64,000 nucleotides of DNA from Campylobacterales bacterium. Lineage in GTDB: Bacteria; Campylobacterota; Campylobacteria; Campylobacterales; UBA6016. The notes under the pieces are model-generated. The model did no database searches and was not told the DNA's origin. It saw nothing but the letters and a program-made list of their open reading frames with translations. This document shows, one piece after another, positions 18,884-27,925 of the stretch. Positions within the stretch are counted from its first letter, which is position 1, and every line of letters starts with the position of its first letter. The stretch spans positions 21,048-85,047 of the forward strand of contig JAYSBP010000003.1 in assembly GCA_041915365.1 (NCBI GenBank), written 5' to 3'. Position numbers and translations under genes: made by a program.

Positions 18884-19656
18884 TACCAGACTTTCCATGG
18901 CGCTTTATTTTCTTTCCACAGTTTATTCAATTTTTGATTGTCTCTTAATGTGTCCATCGGCTGCCAAAAACCTTCGTGTTTGTAAGCAAACATTTCTCCG
19001 TCTTTGGCCAAATTTTGTAAGGGAGCTTGTTCAAACACACAATTTTCATCTTCTGTGATATATTCAAAAACTTTTGGGGAACAAACAAAAAAACCTCCGT
19101 TAATCCATCCGGCTTCCGTCTTTGGTTTTTCGATAAAGCTTTTTATATTCATAGTCTCATCAATGTTAAGATTTCCGAATCTTGCTTCCGGCTGGATTGC
19201 CGACATAGTAATAGCTTTTCCGTGATTTTTGTGAAACTCAACGGTTTTTTGGATATTTATATCACTCACGCCATCACCATACGTCAACAAAAAAGACTCA
19301 TCTCCGATATATTTTTGAGCACGTTTAATGCGCCCTCCCGTCATCGTATCAAGTCCCGTATCGACAAGCGTCACCTTCCATGGCTCACTATTATTAGTAT
19401 GCACTTCACGGCTATTTGTTTGAAGATCGATTGTCACATCGCTTTGATGGAGAAAATAATTGGCAAAATACTCTTTTATATAGTATCCCTTATATCCAAG
19501 CAAGACCACAAAGTCGTTAAAGCCGTAGTGGCTGTAAATTTTCATAATATGCCAAAGTATCGGCTTTCCACCTATCTCAACCATCGGTTTTGGTCTGATA
19601 TCGGTCTCTTCACTAAGCCTAGTTCCGTATCCACCGGCCAACAAAACTACTTTCAT
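18883..19656 (-). CDS. rfbF: Glucose-1-phosphate cytidylyltransferase
   Basis: MKVVLLAGGYGTRLSEETDIRPKPMVEIGGKPILWHIMK N-terminus. 257 aa. Confidence 0.9.
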   Translation of the reverse strand: MKVVLLAGGYGTRLSEETDIRPKPMVEIGGKPILWHIMKIYSHYGFNDFVVLLGYKGYYIKEYFANYFLHQSDVTIDLQTNSREVHTNNSEPWKVTLVDTGLDTMTGGRIKRAQKYIGDESFLLTYGDGVSDINIQKTVEFHKNHGKAITMSAIQPEARFGNLNIDETMNIKSFIEKPKTEAGWINGGFFVCSPKVFEYITEDENCVFEQAPLQNLAKDGEMFAYKHEGFWQPMDTLRDNQKLNKLWKENKAPWKVW

Positions 19657-20669
19657 CTATGCCTCCACTGCAAGTACCATTCAATGGCCTTTTCTATACC
19701 GCTCTCAAAGTTTTCATCGGCTTTCCAGCCTAGTTCATTTTCTATTTTTGTAGCATCTATAGCATAGCGTCTATCATGCCCCGGTCTATCAGAGACATAT
19801 CTTATCTGCTCTGTGTAGCTTTTGCCGTTTGAGCTCGGGCATTTTTTGTCCAATAGGCTGCATATTGCTAAAGCAATATAATTATTATCTCTCTCATTTC
19901 TCCCGCCAATATTGTAGGTCTCTCCGCTTCTGCCTTTATGATAGGCCATGTCTATCCCTTTACAGTGATCTAGCACATATAGCCAATCTCGTATATTTTT
20001 ACCATCTCCATATATCGGTATATCTTCGCCGCCTATGGCTTTTCTTATGATTGTCGGGATTAGCTTTTCACTATGTTGTTTTGGGCCGTAGTTGTTTGAG
20101 CAGTTTGTAGTCACCGTATTCATTCCGTATGTATGATGATAGCTTCTTACAATCATATCTGACGATGCTTTTGAAGCGCTATACGGTGAATTTGGAGCAT
20201 ACGGGGTTTCCTCTGTAAATAGTCCACTCTCACCTAGCGTACCATATACCTCATCTGTAGATATATGGTGAAATCTGCAATTTTCATATCCACTTTTGCG
20301 AGAAAAAGGCTTTTGCATCCAATATTTATAAGCAACATCGATAAGCGTAAAAGTGCCGTTCACATTTGTTTTTATGAATATGTCTGGATTTGCTATAGAG
20401 TTGTCCACATGGCTCTCTGCCGCAAAGTGTATAACTCCTTGTATATCATATTTCACAAATATCGACTCCACAAGAGTCCTGTCGCATATATCACCTTGGA
20501 TGAACGTATGTCTATCACTGCTCTCAATCTCTTTTAGATTGTCTATATTTCCGGCATAAGTAAGTAAATCAAGGCTAACAAGTTTATAGCTTTGGTATTT
20601 TTCTAAAAAATAATGGACAAAGTTTGAGCCGATGAACCCAGCGGTACCTGTCAAAAGTATAGTTTTCAT
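19653..20669 (-). CDS. rfbB: dTDP-glucose 4,6-dehydratase
   Basis: TGTAGFIGSNF, YSASKASSD, DRPGHDRRYAID motifs. Confidence 0.95.
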   Translation of the reverse strand: MKTILLTGTAGFIGSNFVHYFLEKYQSYKLVSLDLLTYAGNIDNLKEIESSDRHTFIQGDICDRTLVESIFVKYDIQGVIHFAAESHVDNSIANPDIFIKTNVNGTFTLIDVAYKYWMQKPFSRKSGYENCRFHHISTDEVYGTLGESGLFTEETPYAPNSPYSASKASSDMIVRSYHHTYGMNTVTTNCSNNYGPKQHSEKLIPTIIRKAIGGEDIPIYGDGKNIRDWLYVLDHCKGIDMAYHKGRSGETYNIGGRNERDNNYIALAICSLLDKKCPSSNGKSYTEQIRYVSDRPGHDRRYAIDATKIENELGWKADENFESGIEKAIEWYLQWRHR

Positions 20670-21532
20670 TCTTTTTCTCCGAGATTTTTTAGGCAGTCGA
20701 TTAGGCTGTCTTTCCAGTATGGAATCTCTACCCCGAACTCTTTTTTTATTTTCGCCTTATTCAAAACACTATAGTGTGGCCTAGGGGCAGGCGTAGGATA
20801 CTCAGCAGACTCTATCGGACTTATATTGCACGGTAGTTTTGCCATCTTCATAATCTCTTTTGCAAAATCGTACCAACTCACAACGCCCTCGTTTGAAAAG
20901 TGATAAATCTCTGTTTTTCGATTTTTGATTTTTGGCAAAATATCCAGTATAGTTTTGGCTAAATCTTTTGCATACGTAGGGGAGCCAACTTGATCAAAAA
21001 CCACGCCCAAACTTTCACGCTCCTTGCCTAGCCTCAGCATTGTTTTTACAAAGTTTGCACCAAAAGAGCTATAAACCCAACTTGTTCTAATAATAATAGA
21101 ATTTTGCGGATTTATTGCCAAAATAGCCTTCTCGCCATCGTATTTTGTTTTTGCATACACACCAATAGGATTTGGCTTATCTTCCTCAAGGTATGGCCTA
21201 TAGTTTTTGCCATCGAATACATAGTCCGTAGATATGTGAATAAATTTTATATTTTTGTCTTTGCATATTTTGGCTAAATTCTCTACGGCTTTATTATTTA
21301 TTAAATCTGCATTTTGTGCGTCACCTTCGGCCTTGTCTACAGCAGTATATGCAGCACAGTTAATCACCGTACCTACCGAATTTTCTGATATGAAAGTTTC
21401 TACTGCAGCAAAATCAGTTATATCAAGTTCGCCTCTATCGGCAAACAAAAAGCTTCCGTCACCGTTTGATAAAACACGAATCTCACTCCCCAACTGCCCG
21501 TTTGCCCCAGTAACTAAAATATTATTTAGCAT
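20666..21532 (-). CDS. rfbD: dTDP-4-dehydrorhamnose reductase
   Basis: MLNNILVTGANGQLG start. The ORF-track start at 21565 reaches deep into rfbC. YAKTKYDGE matches the RmlD family pattern. Confidence 0.9.
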   Translation of the reverse strand: MLNNILVTGANGQLGSEIRVLSNGDGSFLFADRGELDITDFAAVETFISENSVGTVINCAAYTAVDKAEGDAQNADLINNKAVENLAKICKDKNIKFIHISTDYVFDGKNYRPYLEEDKPNPIGVYAKTKYDGEKAILAINPQNSIIIRTSWVYSSFGANFVKTMLRLGKERESLGVVFDQVGSPTYAKDLAKTILDILPKIKNRKTEIYHFSNEGVVSWYDFAKEIMKMAKLPCNISPIESAEYPTPAPRPHYSVLNKAKIKKEFGVEIPYWKDSLIDCLKNLGEKE

Positions 21533-22097
21533 ACAAATCCGTGCCGCACAAAAATAACTCGGCATCCTTTAGGCTTGGTTGGTTCATATCCTTTGCCGAT
21601 AAGATAAGCTCATTTTGCGGCAATAGCCAATCTACGCCTATCTCCAAATCGTCAAAAGCTATTCCTCTGTCGCACTCAGGAGCATAAAAATTGTCCACCT
21701 TATAGGCAAATACAGCTTCATCGCTAAGAACAACAAAACCGTGTGCAAAACCTCTGGGGATAAAGAGTTGTTTTTTGTCTTTGTCGTCAAGCCGCACGGC
21801 TACATGCTTGCCAAATGTAGGCGACCAAGCTCTAATGTCTACGGCAATATCCAGTATAGAGCCACTAATAACCCTTACTAATTTGCTCTGTGCAAACGGT
21901 GGAAGTTGATAATGAAGACCACGCAAAACACCTTTTTTTGATCTTGACTCGTTGTCCTGACAAAAATCTACAGGATGCCCCAAAAACTCTTCAAACTTAT
22001 CTTTTCTAAAAGTCTCTACAAAATATCCTCTACTATCGCCGTACACATTGGGCTCTATCAGAATTACATCATTTATATCGGTTCTACAAAAATTCAT
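21522..22097 (-). CDS. rfbC: dTDP-4-dehydrorhamnose 3,5-epimerase
   Basis: Cupin-fold RmlC pattern (GDSRGYFVETF, RGLHYQ, FIPRGFAHGF). Confidence 0.92.
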   Translation of the reverse strand: MNFCRTDINDVILIEPNVYGDSRGYFVETFRKDKFEEFLGHPVDFCQDNESRSKKGVLRGLHYQLPPFAQSKLVRVISGSILDIAVDIRAWSPTFGKHVAVRLDDKDKKQLFIPRGFAHGFVVLSDEAVFAYKVDNFYAPECDRGIAFDDLEIGVDWLLPQNELILSAKDMNQPSLKDAELFLCGTDLYAK

Positions 22098-22984
22098 TAG
22101 ACTTTCCTGTCTCTCATAGCCAAATTAATCAAATATTGCCCGTACTGATTTTTCTTGAGAGGTTCGGCCGATGTTAATAGCTGTTCTTTGGATATATACC
22201 CCATTTCATAGGCTATCTCTTCCAAACAAGCCACTTTCAACCCTTGTCGTTTCTCTATGACCTCTATGAAATTGGAAGCCTCCAATAGGCTCTCATGAGT
22301 TCCTGTGTCAAGCCATGCGTATCCCCTGCCCATAAGCTCAACTTTTAGTTTGCTATTTCTAAGATACGCTTCATTGACGGTAGTTATCTCCAATTCTCCT
22401 CTGTCTGATGGTTTTATAGATTTTGCAATCCCAATTACATCATTTGTATAAAAATACAACCCCACAACGGCGTAATTACTCTTTGGTACTTTTGGCTTTT
22501 CTTCTATGCTAACCGCATTGCCTTTTGTGTCAAACTCAACTACGCCATATCTCTCTGGATCATTCACATAGTAGCCGAAGACAACAGATTTTTTCTCTTT
22601 TTTGACGGTCTCAACACTTTTTTTCAACAACCCAGAAAAGCCATGGCCATAAAAAATATTATCACCTAGTATTAAGCATACGTCATCGGTTCCTATAAAA
22701 TCCTCGCCCAAAATAAATGCCTGAGCAAGACCGTCTGGTGATTCTTGGATGCAATAAGAGATTTGCAACCCAAGGGATGAACCATCACCAAACAAATCCT
22801 CAAATCTACTCGTATCGGATGGGGTGGATATGATAAGTATCTCTTTAATTCCAGCTAACATCAAAACTGAAAGTGGATAGTAAATCATTGGTTTATCATA
22901 TATGGGTAATAGCTGCTTTACAACGGATCTAGTCAGCGGGTATAGCCTAGTACCACTGCCGCCGGCAAGAATAATGCCTTTCAT
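22097..22984 (-). CDS. rfbA: Glucose-1-phosphate thymidylyltransferase
   Basis: [18 protein letters not shown] and [13 protein letters not shown] match the RmlA family. Confidence 0.95.
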   Translation of the reverse strand: MKGIILAGGSGTRLYPLTRSVVKQLLPIYDKPMIYYPLSVLMLAGIKEILIISTPSDTSRFEDLFGDGSSLGLQISYCIQESPDGLAQAFILGEDFIGTDDVCLILGDNIFYGHGFSGLLKKSVETVKKEKKSVVFGYYVNDPERYGVVEFDTKGNAVSIEEKPKVPKSNYAVVGLYFYTNDVIGIAKSIKPSDRGELEITTVNEAYLRNSKLKVELMGRGYAWLDTGTHESLLEASNFIEVIEKRQGLKVACLEEIAYEMGYISKEQLLTSAEPLKKNQYGQYLINLAMRDRKV

Positions 22985-23062
22985 AAATCACAAATCCCAT
23001 ATTTTAAATTTTGCAGATTCTACCAAACCACCACTTTTTTTACACCCTACAGCAACTTTCGG

Positions 23063-23068
23063 TAAAAT
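23063..23068 (+). promoter_or_regulatory. Candidate -10 box (TAAAAT) for ccoI in the rfbA/ccoI divergent region
   Basis: TAAAAT lies about 29 nt upstream of the proposed TTG start and is followed by AAAAGG (RBS-like) at 23083-23088. Pattern match only. Confidence 0.25.
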
Positions 23069-23096
23069 CTACGCAAAAAATCAAAAGGCATCCGAA

Positions 23097-25487
23097 TTGT
23101 CCAAAATCGCTTGTTCCCACTGCCACCTAGAGTTTGAAAAAGATGAGATGATAGCCGATAGCGACGGCGATAAAGAGCTGTTTTTTTGTTGCAAAGGGTG
23201 TCAGGGTGTATATCACCTACTAAAAGATGAGGGGCTAGATAGCTTCTATGGAAAGCTAGGCTCCAAGACGCTTGAGCCGCCAAAACACCTGATGGACGAC
23301 TCTTCTAGGTTTGATTATAAGGGTTTTCACAAGAGATATGTCACGGATAGGGGTGACGGGTACAAAGAGATTTCACTCATCATCGAAGGTATACACTGCG
23401 CAGCATGCGTATGGCTCAACGAAAAGATACTAACCCGTGCGGACGGTATCATAGAGGCCAATATCAACTTCACAAACAACAAAGCCCGTATCGTCTGGGA
23501 TGACAACGCAATAAAGCTATCAAATATCATAGACCGCATCCGCTCAATAGGCTACGACGCAATGCCTTATGACGCAGGACTCCAAGAAGAGAGCGCAAAC
23601 CGTCTCAGACGCCAAAACTACACAAAGATGATAGTTGGTGTATTTGCAACTATGAATATTATGTGGATAGCCGTGGCCCTTTATGCCGGATACTTTAGCG
23701 GCATCAAAGAAGGACACAAGGACATACTCCACCTTGCCGAGTTTATTCTGGCCTCCATCACTCTTTTTTACTCCGGAAGTATATTTTACAAAGGGGCATT
23801 CACCGCATTAAAACATGGATTTGTGACCATGGATACGTTAGTCGCTACTGGAGCAACACTCACATATTCGTACTCAATCTATGCCTCTATTACCCATGCC
23901 GGAGAGGCGTATTTTGATTCGGTGACGATGATAATCACATTCGTACTTGTTGGCAAATACCTAGAAACGCTATCAAAAAAACAGGCGATAGATACCCTAG
24001 ACACACTCTCATCTATTATCCCGACAGAAGTTGCCGTGGTGAGCGGCGACAAAAGTGAATACATACCCATAGACTCCGTATCCGTTGGAATGATAGTTGA
24101 GATGAGAGCCGGCGATGTGGCCGCACTTGACGGCACTGTAATCAGCGGAGAGGCCAACTTTGACGAGTCCACGCTGAGCGGAGAATCCGAGCCGATACTC
24201 AAAAAAAATGGGAACAAGATAACGAGCGGCTCAAAAAATATAGACGGAATCATCAGATACGAAGTCACAAAAGACTCCAAACACTCTAGTTTCTCCGAGA
24301 TAGTACGTCTATTATCTGAATCACTGGAGAAAAAACCAAAAATAGAGAGCATGGCAAACAACCTCTCAAGGTATTTTTCGGTTACGATTTTATCTTTGGC
24401 ATTGGCGACGTTTTTGGGATGGATATTTATCGGAGGGATAGGACTTGAGAAGGCTCTCGTCATATCGGTATCTGTCATCATCATAGCCTGCCCGTGTGCA
24501 TTAGCTCTTGCGACGCCGATAGCTTCAGTCATCGGCCTTTACGCTGCGGCCAAAAAAGGGGCAATATTCAAATCCTCATCAATGCTAGAGACCATAGCTA
24601 AAGCCGATATGATAATCCTCGATAAGACAGGGACAATCACAGAGGGAAGACCAAAAGTGGTAGCCCACACAGAGTTTGCCGCATACGACAAAACGGCATT
24701 ATCGGCACTCGTATCTGCGTCCAAACACCCAATATCACAAGCTGTGCTGTCACACATAGGGGCTACGCAAGGCGAGCTTGAGGGCATCAAAGAACTACGC
24801 TCAAAAGGGATAGAGGCTGTGCACAATGGGCGCAAAGTCATCGGCGGTAACGGCGAATATATGACGGAGCATGGAATAAAGATAAATTTTGAGAGTGACA
24901 AGAGTCTGTTTTTTTATGCCGAAGGTGAAGAGCTAAAGGCTGTTTTTGAATTGGAAGACAAGATAAAAGACGGAGCAAAAGATGTAGTGCAAAGCCTTCA
25001 AAACTCAGGTCTTGAAGTCGTTATGCTAACAGGGGATAACGAAAAAGCCTCCCAAAAAGTAGCCTCCGCACTAGGTATCAAAAACTATCAATCAAAAATG
25101 AACCCACAAGAAAAACTATCATTTGTCGAAAACGCACAGCAAGTCGGCAAAATAGTCATCATGGCCGGTGACGGCATCAACGACTCACTGGCGCTCGCAC
25201 GTGCAGACATAGGGATAGCCATGGCATCTGGAGCGGAGATAAATCTGCAAACAAGCGATATAGTCTTACTGCACAATTCAATCGCAGAGCTAAAAGAGGC
25301 GGTAAGAATAGGACGAAAAACCTACAAAACAATCAAGCAAAATATCGGCATATCAATACTATACAATGCCGTCACTATACCGCTGGCGATGTCGGGCTTC
25401 GTAATACCTTTGGTGGCTGCGATATCGATGTCGTTTAGCTCAATACTAGTGGTACTCAACTCAACAAAAATAAAAAATGAGGCATAA
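23097..25487 (+). CDS. ccoI: Copper-translocating P1B-type ATPase, CcoI/FixI type (cbb3 oxidase maturation)
   Basis: N-terminal CSHCHLEF...FFCCKGCQGVY metal-binding domain, HMA site GIHCAACV, CPC (IIACPCALA), DKTGT, GDGINDS. The only ATG upstream of these domains lies inside rfbA antisense. An in-frame TTG at 23097 is preceded by AAAAGG. Confidence 0.85.
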   Translation: MSKIACSHCHLEFEKDEMIADSDGDKELFFCCKGCQGVYHLLKDEGLDSFYGKLGSKTLEPPKHLMDDSSRFDYKGFHKRYVTDRGDGYKEISLIIEGIHCAACVWLNEKILTRADGIIEANINFTNNKARIVWDDNAIKLSNIIDRIRSIGYDAMPYDAGLQEESANRLRRQNYTKMIVGVFATMNIMWIAVALYAGYFSGIKEGHKDILHLAEFILASITLFYSGSIFYKGAFTALKHGFVTMDTLVATGATLTYSYSIYASITHAGEAYFDSVTMIITFVLVGKYLETLSKKQAIDTLDTLSSIIPTEVAVVSGDKSEYIPIDSVSVGMIVEMRAGDVAALDGTVISGEANFDESTLSGESEPILKKNGNKITSGSKNIDGIIRYEVTKDSKHSSFSEIVRLLSESLEKKPKIESMANNLSRYFSVTILSLALATFLGWIFIGGIGLEKALVISVSVIIIACPCALALATPIASVIGLYAAAKKGAIFKSSSMLETIAKADMIILDKTGTITEGRPKVVAHTEFAAYDKTALSALVSASKHPISQAVLSHIGATQGELEGIKELRSKGIEAVHNGRKVIGGNGEYMTEHGIKINFESDKSLFFYAEGEELKAVFELEDKIKDGAKDVVQSLQNSGLEVVMLTGDNEKASQKVASALGIKNYQSKMNPQEKLSFVENAQQVGKIVIMAGDGINDSLALARADIGIAMASGAEINLQTSDIVLLHNSIAELKEAVRIGRKTYKTIKQNIGISILYNAVTIPLAMSGFVIPLVAAISMSFSSILVVLNSTKIKNEA

Positions 25488-25490
25488 AAA

Positions 25491-25724
25491 ATGGATGACA
25501 ATATACTCTCTTTAATGCTGTTTGGCTCTCTGATACTAGGCGGTCTCGGCGTTGTCGGTTTCATTTGGGGGCTCAAAAGTGGACAGTTTGACGATGAGAA
25601 AAAGTTTACACACGGACTTTTGTTTGACGATGAAGAGGAGCTAAGAGAGGCTGCAAAAAAGGATGAGAAGAAGAAAATTACCCACGAAAACTCTCAACAA
25701 GAGCATTCAGAGCAGTCTCATTAA
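25491..25724 (+). CDS. ccoS: cbb3-type cytochrome oxidase assembly protein CcoS/FixS
   Basis: 77 aa. Single TM (LMLFGSLILGGLGVVGFIWGLKSGQFDD) typical of CcoS. Lies directly after ccoI. Confidence 0.8.
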   Translation: MDDNILSLMLFGSLILGGLGVVGFIWGLKSGQFDDEKKFTHGLLFDDEEELREAAKKDEKKKITHENSQQEHSEQSH

Positions 25725-26640
25725 GGCCTATGCTCATTCTATCTTTCATAATCCGCAGCGCAGGAAAAGAGCCTAAAGCTTCTTTATAACTACGCTTCGT
25801 AGTTAGGGCATCAAAGACGTCGGCAACGGAGATTATCTGCGCAAAAAACGGTATCTTATAGCGGTTCAGCGAGTAAGGATAGCCACTTCCGTCCATTTTT
25901 TCATGATGATAAAGCACGGAGTCGATAATGTTTTGATTTGTCTCTCCAAGCGATTCCAAAATCATTTTCCCCTCAGTCGTATGGGTCTTCATAATCTCAA
26001 ACTCTTCCAAGCTTAGAGCGCCTTCTTTATTGAGTATCGACGGATCTATTCTGGCCTTGCCTATATCGTGAAGCATTGCCCCGTGTGCCAGCTCCTCTAT
26101 TTGCGAATCCCTTAGTCCAAGTTTTTTGCCTATGGCTATCGAATATATACATACATTCACACAATGGCTGTACGTGTAATAATCATACGATAACACTTTA
26201 ACCATCGATAAAAAAGCCGCTTTGTCGCTAAGTACATTATCAAGTATGGCGCTTGCCAGGTCTTTTGAATCTTCTATGGCCTCTTTTGACTCTACATTTT
26301 CGAACAACTCTTCAACCACCATAACGGCAGTAGAGTAAACCACTTGCGAACGTTCCTGTCTTGTCATATTCGTATTCGACGAAATATCTGAGACGGCTTT
26401 TTTGAGATAGCTTTTGAAGTTTGAAAGATCCTCTTTTTTTACAAATACCGACGCCTTATTGATATGGAGCTCTTTTAGCTTTGCTTCTGATAAATTGTAT
26501 GTTTTTGGGCACAGCAAGGCACAACCGCCACTTTTTTCACACACAAAAATATCAACAGGCACAGGCTTTGACGGGCTCAAAACTCCTTGCGGAATGGATT
26601 CCAAAGAAGACAGCGTAATCTTGTCCGCATACTTGTTCAT
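25678..26640 (-). CDS. HD-GYP domain phosphohydrolase (putative cyclic-di-nucleotide phosphodiesterase)
   Basis: HDIGKARI and HHEKMDGSGYPY motifs. The ATG at 26640 (MNKYADK) abuts the upstream stop. The ORF-track start at 26718 overlaps the upstream gene. Confidence 0.85.
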   Translation of the reverse strand: MNKYADKITLSSLESIPQGVLSPSKPVPVDIFVCEKSGGCALLCPKTYNLSEAKLKELHINKASVFVKKEDLSNFKSYLKKAVSDISSNTNMTRQERSQVVYSTAVMVVEELFENVESKEAIEDSKDLASAILDNVLSDKAAFLSMVKVLSYDYYTYSHCVNVCIYSIAIGKKLGLRDSQIEELAHGAMLHDIGKARIDPSILNKEGALSLEEFEIMKTHTTEGKMILESLGETNQNIIDSVLYHHEKMDGSGYPYSLNRYKIPFFAQIISVADVFDALTTKRSYKEALGSFPALRIMKDRMSIGLNETALNALVESFRG

Positions 26641-26641
26641 A

Positions 26642-27823
26642 TTATAGTTGCCCGGACGCTTTTTTAAAGAGGCTCTGAGCATTATCATCCGCAGAGTACT
26701 CAACAGCTCCACCGTCAAATTTCAAAGCCGCATCACCGCATTGAAGTTTGCCAAACTCTACCCGTAGTCTATCAAGCATCTTTATTGCCCCTTGTTCTGG
26801 GGTCTCCGTGGCTATTATGGCAAATTGATTTTTATCGACCTTTGCGAACAAATCAGACGAGCGCAGCGTATGTCTCATAATATCAAAGGCACTCTCCCAA
26901 ACTCCCAAATCATTATTGTCCGGCACACCGAGATTTATCACAGCTAGAGAAAAGGTCTTTTTATATCTTTTGCATCTAGATATTTCAAACTCCAGCATTG
27001 AGCGAAATTTGATTTTTTCTTTGGAGTTGATTTGCGAAGATAGCATCTCAAGCTTTCTATTAAATGATTTTTCAATCTCCGTAATATCTGTCATGCTGAC
27101 TATGAAATGATCTTTTGTAGCCTCGGAGACCCCAATCTCAAGGTAAAACTCCCTCTTCTCGCCCTTTCTATTGTCGTAAATAAGCGCTTTTGGCTCCTCA
27201 CTGTTCATAATAAAATCTCTAAGCCAATCTTTTCCTAGTTTTCCAACCTCATCTAACGCAAATATCGCCGACAGGTTCGGGCACGCTTGATTGAATTGCC
27301 TCATTGTCTTTGCCCCAAAACACTCCATAAAAGCTCTATTTGCTTTAAATATACACATTCCGTCCGTTTCAAAGACAGGATTGTCTTCAGCGTTAAGAAT
27401 CTCTTGCATATACTTTGATTGATAAGAGAGCGCCTTGTCCATGAGCGTATCTATTGATTTGGCTACGGCCTCAAAAAGCTTTGGAACCGAAATTGGCTTG
27501 ATGATAAATCTATAAATACCTAGATTTATCATATCTATTAGCTTGTGCGGCTCTATAAAACCAAGTACGACTATTATTTCGCACTCAGAGTTGAGGTTTT
27601 TTATTTTTGCAGAAAAATCAACTATGTCCATTATTGCGAGTTTCAAGTCGATAATAACGAGTTGTGGTACTATCCGAGCAAAGTCGTTTATAGCTTCGGC
27701 GGGGTCTTTGACGTAGTGAATATTTTTTACTCGCTGCATCAGCATGTTATCTATTTCAAAACTTAACTCTCCGTCAGAGTCCACGACCATTACGGTGAGT
27801 TTTTTCATAAAAGTTTCGTTCAT
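26642..27823 (-). CDS. Response-regulator receiver + PAS-like + degenerate GGDEF-like domain protein
   Basis: REC features (VMVVDSD, LVIIDLKL acceptor Asp, IIKPIS). PAS-like NPVFETDGMCIFKANRAFMECFG. The C-terminal GGDEF-like fold has KVDKNQF where RxGGDEF is expected. The ATG at 27823 is preceded by GGAGG. Confidence 0.65.
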   Translation of the reverse strand: MNETFMKKLTVMVVDSDGELSFEIDNMLMQRVKNIHYVKDPAEAINDFARIVPQLVIIDLKLAIMDIVDFSAKIKNLNSECEIIVVLGFIEPHKLIDMINLGIYRFIIKPISVPKLFEAVAKSIDTLMDKALSYQSKYMQEILNAEDNPVFETDGMCIFKANRAFMECFGAKTMRQFNQACPNLSAIFALDEVGKLGKDWLRDFIMNSEEPKALIYDNRKGEKREFYLEIGVSEATKDHFIVSMTDITEIEKSFNRKLEMLSSQINSKEKIKFRSMLEFEISRCKRYKKTFSLAVINLGVPDNNDLGVWESAFDIMRHTLRSSDLFAKVDKNQFAIIATETPEQGAIKMLDRLRVEFGKLQCGDAALKFDGGAVEYSADDNAQSLFKKASGQL

Positions 27824-27925
27824 ACAAAGCCTCCGCAAATCAAACGCCAAAAAGCCGTTTCTTTTTGAATGTGATTGATTATATTTGTTAATAATTTAAA
27901 ATAAACATAAAAATAAGGTTTTTAA

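Noticed and set aside
22902-23096. N-terminal 65 codons of the 861-aa ccoI ORF
   Set aside because: This is a longest-ORF artefact. It overlaps the rfbA coding sequence on the opposite strand and precedes the conserved N-terminal metal-binding domain.
23879-24901. 217-aa and 120-aa minus-strand ORFs antisense to ccoI
   Set aside because: They are embedded in a well-supported P-type ATPase gene. Their S/P/A-rich translations are typical of antisense frames, and there is no start context.
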